Origin: Flectonema sp. DT1601
Lineage: Eukaryota
DNA length: 64,000 bases
Assembly: GCA_964019425.1 (NCBI GenBank)
Contig: OZ025802.1
Location: forward strand, 310,001-374,000
Direction: 5' to 3'
The notes beneath the pieces are model-generated. The model did not search any database and was not told the origin of the DNA. It worked only from the letters and a program-made list of their open reading frames with translations. A program made the position numbers and the translations under genes. Position 1 is the stretch's first letter, and each line of letters begins with the position of its first letter. Below are positions 12,706 to 22,299 of this stretch, in pieces.

Positions 12706-13260
12706 TTACATCTCGTCAGGGTATCTGCAGGCATTTTCACAAGTAAATGGAGCACGAGCTTCCTCACAATTAAATCTTAAAACACCTTCAGTGCATTCAC
12801 AAAAGCCAGCCTGGTTGGCGTAGACGTTGGCGTTGCAGTTTGAATCGCGAGATGGCTCTCTAGCTCCATGACTTTGACACTGGCTAGTCTGCCTCCAAGA
12901 CTTACAGTTGGCTGTGGGTTGGAATGTTTTTTCCTTAAAAACTGGTTTTGGTGTTGCTCTGGTAATCCCCTTTCCTTTCAGCATCTTCTCAATTCCATCA
13001 CCACTGAAGGGTGCTAAGTCTACCTGAGGACCTGTTGTCGCACCAAACTCATCAAGCCAATGTAAAATAGGAGGAGCACCGTTAATCCAGATAACGTCAA
13101 CTGCTGGGAATGCGCTGACTTCCTGGTGAAGAAACCTCTTCACTTGAGGAAGTGAATTCAGTCGTCAGCCACTACAAGATTCTACCTTAGCTCCAACTAT
13201 CTTACCGTCAATGGCAACACTGCAAAGTAGCAATGCTGCTAATACAAAAAGTGAACGCAT
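12706..13260 (-). CDS. SelM/Sep15-family selenoprotein (184 aa, Sec32) with a C-terminal Cys-rich domain
   Basis: ATG 13260 opens a signal peptide (MRSLFVLAALLLCSVAIDG), then KVESCSG-TGA(13167-13165)-RLNSLPQVKRFL in frame with the 145-aa ORF. This is a CxxU motif as in SELENOM (ETCGGU.LNRL..VK.F). Confidence 0.85.
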
Positions 13261-13795
13261 TGGTTGTGTTGCTGAAAGGGGTTGAATAGTTGTTGATTAA
13301 GCAATATCATTGTCATTAAAATAACAGGCAGCGATTCCTCCTGATGGAAATCAGGGACGCTAAACAAACGGATCTGAATAATGTTGATGCATGCAATCGC
13401 TAACCCCGAATACAACAATAAAAAAAATACTGTTCAGGACACGATGTGTGTATAAAACATACTAAAAAAAAAAAAGAGGGGAAAAAAAGCGTACTTGGCA
13501 AGTTATTTTGCAGAGATTTTTCAAAAAAAAAAAAAAAAAACGCGAAATATCCTCCACCAATAGTAAGATGCAGAGAGAAGATCTATTTTTTTTTCGAACT
13601 TGGCAAAGTTTGTCAAATATTCCAATCAGTTCATGCAAACGACAAGTATCCAACACCTACCACACAACTAAACCTCAGATGAGAGTACTTTATTGATAAT
13701 TTCATTCAAATAAAAAATAATCAACAGAAAAAAAAATTGAAAGGGAGAGAGATTCTTATACTCACTGTGATCTTCCGTTGGTAAACTGACGATCA

Positions 13796-16054
13796 CTAAG
13801 TTGATACTTTCACACGAAGAGATTTGCCTCGTCTGATCATGTCAGCAACTGTTCCAAGGACTGTGTCAGATGGTGCCATACATTCTACAATTGTTTCCCA
13901 ATCATACGTATTGAAGGCATTTATATAATCAAATCCCCATCCCCATTCAACATCATTTGCCAACGGTGGTAGTGACTTGTTGTTTTCCTGACGTCTTGCC
14001 ATCGATGAAATCCAATCCTTCATTTTTTCAATTCGAATTTCATAAATAACGGTTTCAGTACCATACTGATGCCAACGGTCAATAGGTCGACTGATGAGGT
14101 GATCCAGGGGGGTTGTCGCGCATAATGCGAAGGTTTGAATATCACAACTAGCCTGACATAGTAAGACACTCATGTTAACACAACTTCCAAAAACTGTAAT
14201 AAATTTTTGAACATTTGTACCAACACGACCACAGGAAACAGAACTAGAAGAGATCCCAATAAAAACACCACCAGGTGTAGAAAACGTTGCGAACATAAGA
14301 GAAGCAAAAGTGAGACAATTATGAACGTGAGCTGACAAGGGACGAACAGTATTCCAACCAATAACAATTGTACGAGAGAGAACCGTAACAATCGATCCCT
14401 CAGTTCGTTCCATACAGTTAATGCATTTCCCTAAAGAGTGATTAATTAAGTGCATCACATCCTGGTCTGATTTCAGGACTCTAACAGTGCAGACAGTAGC
14501 TGATTTCCTTGTAATCATTTCATTTTGTTCTATTGTTGGTAACATTATTATGCTTGGGCTACTAGCAGCAGTTGCGATAGATGATTTTAATGACTTTATA
14601 GATAAACGACTTTCTTCAAAGAAAGAATTATCACCCTTTAACAACAATACAGTTATCGAAGCTGGTTTATTTATTCCTTTTAATGTTTCAGTTATGACGG
14701 TGTAAGTCCAGTTTGGTTCTAGGTTTTTAGGAATTTCACTGCTGTCGATAGCGATGCCTCCAGGGATACAAGCTCCTTCGAGACGAGCTGCTCGGTTTAC
14801 AGTTCTTCCATAGTAATCTGTTCGTCCACTTACAGTACTGATTTCTGGTTCAACTTCCCCGTAATGGATACCAATTCTAACAATAAGCCCATGCCAGTTA
14901 TTACTCTCAAATGCCGAGGGTAATACTAGTTCTGGTGGCCAGTCTGCAGTAACAAATTGCTCTTGAACTTCCATCGCAAAAGAACATCCGTCAGCTAAAC
15001 ACTCAAACGCAACCATGAAAGAGTCACCGATGGTCTTTACTTCATATCCACTGTTGTTTGATATGCATGTTCTTATGATCTTGTTGTGGATTTTTAAAGC
15101 TTTTTTCATCGCATCTGGAGAAGCCTCCCATATCGCAGTTGATGACTTCAGGTCAGTGAAGACAATAGCAGCATTCGGACCCGATGGGGGTTTTGCTTTA
15201 TCACACGAATGGCATTCCTCACTTAACTCAAACAAAGAATCCGGCAAATACGGTCGGTATTGTTGTAGATTTTGTAACAATTTCATTAATATTTCAGTCA
15301 GTTCAGTTTTTTCATTTTCAATGTGCTGTTGTGCCGCATCCAAATCAAACCTAACCAGAGCTGAGGCAACAGTTTCAGCAATTTTTATACTGTCTCTTAG
15401 CTTTTGTTGTTCTTTAACAAGTCCTCTGGCAAAATGATGTGTGCACACAAAATCAATAATTAAAATAGCGATATAAAACAATATGTGACGAAATGCATCA
15501 GGAATACCAACCTTACAAGGTGCAGAGTCAAAATCACTGTCGGGAAGATTTGGAAAGCATCCTTTCATTTTTTTGAGAGAACGAGATCCAGAGATTTCAT
15601 AAAGACCAAATCGAGTGGTTCGCTCAGCTATATCGAACAGTAGATATACGACTACCATACTTAACAATCCTGTTCCAACACGAGAGGGTAGTGAACAGAC
15701 AAGAACCACATTCAGAACTAAAACAACACATGGCCAGAATCTCTCTTCCATTTCATAGGCGCGGTGGATGTCAACGCAAATGATAACGTATGTCCAAGCA
15801 AACATTGTAAAAATAATATCGAATTCGTGTAGCTTTTTTGATACGAAATTTTTTAATAAAATGATACAATTACAACAAAGCATCACTACACCTGATGTTT
15901 CCCACAGGTTCCAACTACCATATTCCTCATCAGTGATAATAGATATTGTTGTCATCACTGTAACTGCTAACACTACGGGTATAAAGACATCTTTCCTCTT
16001 CCTATCAACTTCAGAGTCATGCGGAGAATAGAATTTCTCTGATAAAAATTTCAT
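13796..16054 (-). CDS. Membrane-bound class III adenylate cyclase
   Basis: Multiple N-terminal TM helices. Catalytic motifs VFTDLKSST, YEVKTIGDSFM and DYYGRTVNRAARLE. A second, degenerate cyclase-like domain follows. Confidence 0.9.
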   Translation of the reverse strand: MKFLSEKFYSPHDSEVDRKRKDVFIPVVLAVTVMTTISIITDEEYGSWNLWETSGVVMLCCNCIILLKNFVSKKLHEFDIIFTMFAWTYVIICVDIHRAYEMEERFWPCVVLVLNVVLVCSLPSRVGTGLLSMVVVYLLFDIAERTTRFGLYEISGSRSLKKMKGCFPNLPDSDFDSAPCKVGIPDAFRHILFYIAILIIDFVCTHHFARGLVKEQQKLRDSIKIAETVASALVRFDLDAAQQHIENEKTELTEILMKLLQNLQQYRPYLPDSLFELSEECHSCDKAKPPSGPNAAIVFTDLKSSTAIWEASPDAMKKALKIHNKIIRTCISNNSGYEVKTIGDSFMVAFECLADGCSFAMEVQEQFVTADWPPELVLPSAFESNNWHGLIVRIGIHYGEVEPEISTVSGRTDYYGRTVNRAARLEGACIPGGIAIDSSEIPKNLEPNWTYTVITETLKGINKPASITVLLLKGDNSFFEESRLSIKSLKSSIATAASSPSIIMLPTIEQNEMITRKSATVCTVRVLKSDQDVMHLINHSLGKCINCMERTEGSIVTVLSRTIVIGWNTVRPLSAHVHNCLTFASLMFATFSTPGGVFIGISSSSVSCGRVGTNVQKFITVFGSCVNMSVLLCQASCDIQTFALCATTPLDHLISRPIDRWHQYGTETVIYEIRIEKMKDWISSMARRQENNKSLPPLANDVEWGWGFDYINAFNTYDWETIVECMAPSDTVLGTVADMIRRGKSLRVKVST

Positions 16055-16628
16055 TTTTTCTTCTTTTTTTTCCCCCCCTCCTCCTAAAAAACAAAGTGTA
16101 ATATTAGTGTAAGAAAAAAAAATTAATATAATAGCTTTCTTCCCAAAGAGGTGATTTATTATTTTCTGGATTGGAAAAAAGTAATGTTTTTTTTTTTTTT
16201 TTTTTTTTTGAATAAATGTTACCTTGCTTGGAGGATGCTTTCAACACTAGTATTGGTGGTAGTATTTTGCTACCACAAAAAAATTTACCGTACAGGAAAA
16301 AACACTTTCAAACTTGAAAAAAAAGAGAACTGAGAGGGTACAGAAGATCACAACTCTGAAGTTTTCTTTGTTTCACTTGTCTCATGAACACTTGTCATGT
16401 TTATCACGTAAAGGAAAAGGGGAGGGGTACCAAGAGGGGGGAAAATCTTTTGTATGGATTTTTCCTCCTGCCCCACTCGTCCCCCGTCTTTTTTTTTTTT
16501 TTTTTTAAAAACTTTCTTTTTTTTTGTTTCCTTCTTCTTCTTTTCATTTTTTTTTTTTTCCATTTTATCTGATTCAACAATAACGCCAGAGGATCACAAT
16601 ACACATCAGAAATAGGTGAGCACAATGA

Positions 16629-17606
16629 CTAGGACTGAATCGCCTCTACCTCTCCTTCCTGTTCATTAACTGGAGGACGAAGCAGAAAGAATCTGTTTGT
16701 AGTATTGTTTATTTGTTTTGGATAATTATTCCACAGAAAAAGCAAATAAATAAATAAGAAATCATACTCGTCTTCCTGTCTAAGATCTCCGGCTTCCATT
16801 GGGAGGGAGTGACGCGATTGGATGACCTGCAACATTCTTGTTGAAGAATCCTTCAGTGATTCAGTTTGGCTGTATGTGTGTCCACCACGCTCTGGGTATT
16901 CGATGTGTGAGAATAATAAATCAGAGCTGTCGTAGATGGTGTCTCCAAATTGGATGTTTTTAAGAAGAAGTTTTGTAGCTTCATTAAACTCTATCTCATT
17001 CTCAGTCATGTCGTGGAAGATTTGGTTTGCGACAGGGAGGCAACCAGCAGATGATTCGGCTCCAATTCTGAGGACGTTTAAAATATAATTATAGATCTCA
17101 ACATCGAAGGTGTTGGCTACGTAGGCGAGTTTCTTCTCCTCCAATTCTTTGATGTGGTTTCCAAGTTTGTCAAATTCCGCATTCCAAGAGTTCATCTCTT
17201 CAGTTGAGGCATTTACAGATTGCTTAATCTTCGACATGTATCCACACTGGTCAACCCACGTGTTGTATACCTCATCACGAAGTGAGTGAACTGGGTGAAT
17301 CATTTCTTCATAGAATTCAATTAGCTCTTTTAAGCTGGTGTAGGTCTTTGACCAGAAGAGGGCTTTCAAGTCCTTTGATTTCGTTATTTCACTTCTTTGC
17401 TTTGTTACGGTGCTTCTGATGGCTGTTAGATCAGCTTCTCCGATGGTCGTTGCGTTTGCTAGAACAGCAGAGTAATCAGCTCTTTTAGCGTCTAAACTGT
17501 TCCATAGCAAAGCGTTGTTTTGGAGAGCGAGGTCAGAGTGCATGCGGATCGCTGAAGCGAACGGCTTTCTGATAATCCTGCCCAACCGAAGTACGTTCAT
17601 CGCCAT
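16629..17606 (-). CDS. Probable mitochondrion-targeted helical protein with a PPR-like motif; 75-nt intron at 16693-16767
   Basis: Presequence MAMNVLRLGRIIRK. PPR-like DVEIYNYILNVL...IFHDMTENEIEFNEAT. In-frame AT-rich GTATGA...ACAG segment near the 3' end. Confidence 0.6.
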   Translation of the reverse strand: MAMNVLRLGRIIRKPFASAIRMHSDLALQNNALLWNSLDAKRADYSAVLANATTIGEADLTAIRSTVTKQRSEITKSKDLKALFWSKTYTSLKELIEFYEEMIHPVHSLRDEVYNTWVDQCGYMSKIKQSVNASTEEMNSWNAEFDKLGNHIKELEEKKLAYVANTFDVEIYNYILNVLRIGAESSAGCLPVANQIFHDMTENEIEFNEATKLLLKNIQFGDTIYDSSDLLFSHIEYPERGGHTYSQTESLKDSSTRMLQVIQSRHSLPMEAGDLRQEDEYDFLFIYLLFLWNNYPKQINNTTNRFFLLRPPVNEQEGEVEAIQS

Positions 17607-18027
17607 TTTGTGATCGCTGTGGGATAAATAACGAATTAGATGAATACCAGTACTAGTCTATACATAAAAGTAGGTCATTTCTAACCATACGAACCTGTTA
17701 AGTTAAGACTATTTAATTTCCATCACCGTAAAATCCATAATTCACAATTTGCCCACACTTTGGACCAGATAATAGACGGAGGGGGTGATACGAGTTGCGT
17801 CTCACTCACATTTTACTTTTCGTTTCAATACATAAAATTGATAAGGTTTTTTTTTTTTTTTTTTTTTAGATTCTAACAATAAGCTCCTCCGTTGATATTT
17901 CTGTTGTCAAGTTCCGTGATTGGATGGGACAGATATTTTATGAAATTACGTCGAACAGTAATCAAAAAGATAGATCTGTTCTTATTCTGTAGTGAAATCA
18001 AAGCTTCCTGTCAATTGCTAAAGTGAA

Positions 18028-19384
18028 TCAACTACTTCCAGCTTTGTGAGCCATTCCAATAGCATCAGTAATATTTCTGTAACCTCTGTCTTGTACAGCC
18101 AGTGATAATTGTCTTTTAATCACTGGTACGATCTGAGGTCCATAAGTTATCAGCGCCGTATGCAACTGAACGGCTGACGCTCCAGCCTCAATGGCACTAA
18201 GGGCATCTCTTCCACTAGCTATACCACCGGAACCGATTATGGGTATCTTTCCATCAGTTAATTTATACATGTCGGAAATTAGTTGCAAAGAAATATCCTG
18301 TTGGTGTTGTTGTTGTTGTTTTTTGCCTTATTATTCAAAGCATTATGCATACCTTAACTGGTTCTCCCGACAACAACCCATATTGCCTTGACAAGTAGTG
18401 GAAGCTGAGTAGCCCTGGTCTCGTAACGGTTGAACCTGAAAGAACAAGTCCGTCGATATGCATTGACTTTGCAACCGCTGCGAGGTGTTTTCTGTCACTT
18501 TCAGTCGCATCTCCCCCCATCTGTTTTAGTTTTACTTTGTTTTTGTTTTTTTGTTTTTTTGAGTTTGTTTAATAAATTCACACCTTAAATAGAATCGGTT
18601 TTTGGTGTTCAGTTGGAAGTTTTTTACGAGCATTTTGACAAGACTGAACTATGTCAATTAGCCATTCCCTCGATTTAATGATATTATCACCACCAGCACG
18701 AGGAGGAGGAAGACATATTGAAATGTAATCAGCCGACTCGGACATAATCTTAACTCCAATACGAGCATCGTCTATTAAATCACTGCTTATTCTATTTCTT
18801 GCAATGCTTGCGCCTATGAGTGAAGTACAAGCAGCATGTCCTACTCTGTTTTCCCATAGGCGGTACTGATCCATAAAATACGAAACAACAGCAAGACCTC
18901 TCGAAGGATTACCCAGTCTATGAATAATAGCATCATCTGCTTTAAATTTAAAAAGCCTCGGGATTCCTGAACCGCTTTGTTTTTGTGGAGTCATTGAACC
19001 GACTTCCATACCTGAAAATCCAAGACCAAGACAACCATATATACACTCACCGTTACGGTCTAGACCTGCCCCAAGCATAATAGGGTGTCCCAGTTTCTTT
19101 CCAAAAAGTTCGTAGGACAGATTAGGACCTGGGCTTGAATAGTCAAAGGGACCTTTACCCCTTGCAAGTATTTGGACTGCCTTTGCGTGCATCCATTCTT
19201 CATCGAAGTCGAATCGTTTATAAATAGGAATTGCAACTTGAGTCCAAAAAGCACTTTCTGAATCTTTTGCCCAGTAGTACACACCGATACCTGTTACTGC
19301 AGATAGCACTGCAGCTCTAATGTACTTGTCCGCACCTGAACCGGTGCGGAATGAGGCCAATCCGGTATTAGCAGCGTTCTGCAT
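18028..19384 (-). CDS. Class 2 (quinone-type) dihydroorotate dehydrogenase-like protein, 3 exons, with a degenerate active site
   Basis: Motifs PIMLGAGLD, EVGSMTP, PRLF, IPIIGSGGI and GASAVQL, plus an N-terminal TM anchor. Introns at 18583-18521 and 18352-18298 join the three ORFs in frame. Confidence 0.85.
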
Positions 19385-19774
19385 TTTTCCCAAAGACCTG
19401 TAAAATATTACTGTAAACAACACTAACAACCCACAATAATAGAACCTCGCAGTCTGTAGTAGAATACCTGTTGAGAGAGATGTCTGTCTGGATTACTAAT
19501 TTTTTACTTCATTTTCTTGAAATTAAAAAAGCAAACAACAACAAGTAAAACAAACAACAAAAAGACAACTGGGAGGAAGAATGACGCATACCAACAAAAG
19601 GTACATTGCGATACGGAGAATAGATATTAATTTATCTTTTTTTTTTTTTTTTTCTTTTTTTTTTTTTTTTAATACATAGAAATACATTTTTTTCTTCTTT
19701 CAACATAATCAGTGCAATATTATAAACAGATACATATTACGTTGTGATTTTTATCAAATTAATAATTTATTATT

Positions 19775-21322
19775 TCAGTAGTATCTGGATGGTGATCCCA
19801 AAGCAGCCAACTTGGCGTCGAGAATTGGACTTCCGGATCCGATGCTTCTCAACGGAGATCCAGCTCCAACAGCAGCGAGAGGAGACAACGGGTCGACAAG
19901 TGCAACAGTATGTCTTGGGCTTGCACTGTGAACAGCTCTCGTTAGCGAAGCGGCACGTGCAACATCTCCGGCCCTCGCAGCATCCAACCCAGCGAGTCTC
20001 GCAGATGCGTGTGCCCCAGCCTCAGCTCCCGTCGCGGCAACCTCCCTTACCCCGGCAGCAGCAAGTGCTCCCTGCTCCTGTGCGTGTCTCACTCTCTCGA
20101 TCGAAGCGTGGGTCACAGCGGCTCCGTGTGCTCCGCGGGCAGCAACCTCGTTCGCAGACGCGTGTGCGTAGTTCGAGTGTGCTCCCTCCAACATCCTTCC
20201 GCTTCTTCTGAGAGATCCGTGCGCCTCCGCAACGTGTCCGTGTGCCGCCGCTTCATCCACTCCACGCGCAGCCAACTCAGCTCTTGCAGCCGCAGCATCC
20301 CTCGCCGCTACAGAAGCATCTGCCACCGCAACCTGCGCATCCCTGTCCGCCAACGCGAGCCTCGACGAAGCGTTCGTTGCCCCAGCGTGCTCAGCCGCAG
20401 CCCTTCTCGCAGCCGCATCCGCCTCAGCAGCAGTCGCCCCGTGGTGCAGGGCACGAGCTCTCGCCTGCTGCTCAACAGCCGCCGCCTCTGCTCTCGACTG
20501 TGCCGCAGCAACACGGGCAGCATCTGCTTCTCTACCGGCAACAGCCAACGCCGTGGTCGCCGCACGTTCCGCAGCAGCAGCTTCGCGTGCAGCAGCCGCA
20601 GCCGCGGCCGCAGCGGCAGCAGCCTCCGCCCTTCTTGCCTCAGCCATCGCAGCCTGCGCCTCGATTCCAGCAGCCCTGTCTCTCGACAATGCAGCCGCAG
20701 TTGTCGCTTCCTGTGCGAGTGCCGCCGCAGCCCTCTCGCCGGCCCTGGCGTTCGCAGCATCCGCCCCGGCAGCAGTCGCTCTCGCGGCAGCCACGTTTGC
20801 CTCAACTGACCTTCCGTTTCTCACAGCTCCGAGTTGAGCCGCAGTCGCAGTCGCCGACGCGCTGTGCAAGTCACGATCCGCAGCCCTTCTTCCCGCCAAG
20901 TCCCTGTCGAGTGCCTTCGCTCCAAGAACTCCCTCTGCCGCAGCCAGGTGCGCCTGGTTTCTCTGAAACTCAACTCCCCTCACCGAAACTTCCGATCCCG
21001 CAGCGGTGGCGGCAATCGCAGATGACTGGTGGGCAACAGCAGCAGCTCCCTCCCTCATCGAGGCGTCAGCAGCAAGTCTTCCCTGAAGAGCGGTTCTTCC
21101 CGACTGGGCGATCGCTCCCGCTCTGGCGTGGCTCGCGTTCATGGAAGCCGCCGCAGCCGACGACGACATCATACCAGCCCTGGCCGATGCTTCGATTGAT
21201 CCAGCGCGGGCAGCAGCTTCTCCGACTGCGTAGGTGTGTCCGACAGCGGCGTGGACAGGATCATCAACGATTACCGCTCTTGGGCTCAGGCTAGCAGCGA
21301 GACGAGGAGATAAGTAGGCCAT
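19775..21322 (-). CDS. Ala/Arg-rich helical, low-complexity protein (515 aa)
   Basis: Long GC-rich ORF dominated by GCN codons, with SPR motifs at both ends. Confidence 0.75.
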   Translation of the reverse strand: MAYLSPRLAASLSPRAVIVDDPVHAAVGHTYAVGEAAARAGSIEASARAGMMSSSAAAASMNASHARAGAIAQSGRTALQGRLAADASMREGAAAVAHQSSAIAATAAGSEVSVRGVEFQRNQAHLAAAEGVLGAKALDRDLAGRRAADRDLHSASATATAAQLGAVRNGRSVEANVAAARATAAGADAANARAGERAAAALAQEATTAAALSRDRAAGIEAQAAMAEARRAEAAAAAAAAAAAAREAAAAERAATTALAVAGREADAARVAAAQSRAEAAAVEQQARARALHHGATAAEADAAARRAAAEHAGATNASSRLALADRDAQVAVADASVAARDAAAARAELAARGVDEAAAHGHVAEAHGSLRRSGRMLEGAHSNYAHASANEVAARGAHGAAVTHASIERVRHAQEQGALAAAGVREVAATGAEAGAHASARLAGLDAARAGDVARAASLTRAVHSASPRHTVALVDPLSPLAAVGAGSPLRSIGSGSPILDAKLAALGSPSRYY

Positions 21323-21528
21323 TGTTGAGTGTGGTAAGGTATCGATTGGAAACTGTGATGAGAATAAACTAATTAAATAGAAGCAAACAATCTCTTTATA
21401 GAAAAATTAATTGTTAGTCACAGATCTTCCTACATGACGAGTTTCCACCTACAGAAAGAGATAATGGATAATACTAAAAACTTACCTGATCTGTTTTAGC
21501 CACCCCCTCGTTAATGGTTACTTATATA

Positions 21529-21944
21529 CTGTAAAGGGAAATATTCTTGTGCGGAAAAACCCGCGAGTTTTTTTTATTTTTTCTAAATCCGCGAGAATTT
21601 TTCCCCGCGAGAGTATTTCCCTGCCAACATACATTTTTATACAGCCATTTTTTTAGTTCCTTTTTGTGAAGAAAATACATGTGTTACAAAGGAAAGCTAC
21701 AGCAAAAATTGTTTTTAGTTGTGTTGCTAGGTAAATAATTCTTTTTTCCAGCTTGCACTTGATGGAAATGCAAGGATTCCTCACATTCTTGATCACTTTT
21801 GCAAAAATCCTCTGTGGCAGGGAAATATTCTTGTGGGGAAAAACCCGCGAGTTTAAAAGAAAATCCCCAAATCCGCGAGAATATTTCCCCACGGGAATAT
21901 TTCCCCGCAAGAATATTTCCCCGCGAGAATATTTCCCTTTACAG
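21529..21944. mobile_element. MITE with ~19-bp TIRs and a TA target duplication
   Basis: TA|CTGTAAAGGGAAATATTCT ... AGAATATTTCCCTTTACAG|TA, with internal CCGCGAGAATATTTCC-like subrepeats and no transposase. Confidence 0.85.
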
Positions 21945-22299
21945 TAATACAAAGAAAGAAAAAATAATTGTTTTATGCATTGGACCGAAGGCCTTTAAAC
22001 GTGTGTGTAATTTTTTTGGAAACACCACAGTAATATAAGTAAATGAAACGAATTGAATATGTTACACGAGAGTACCAACTCACCAGAAATATTGCAACAG
22101 AGAGAGGGGAATAGCACTGAAGGTGGCAGTAAGTACCCATTCCATCGACATTCCATCAGTGTCGTGCCTGTTCAGCTATCTCATGGGGAGTCAAAGGGGG
22201 AATCTCACATTTATCCTCCTGCCGCAGGGACAATCAACAACCTTGTCTTTGTATAAAATAACCCGTGGGGTTTTTTATCATAGGCTCGTTGCTTATCTC

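Noticed and set aside
13165..13167. Genome-wide TGA reassignment
   Set aside because: Long genes contain no in-frame TGA, and several genes end in TGA.
20009..21294. Long plus-strand ORFs (266 and 350 aa)
   Set aside because: Antisense shadows of the GC-rich Ala-codon gene.
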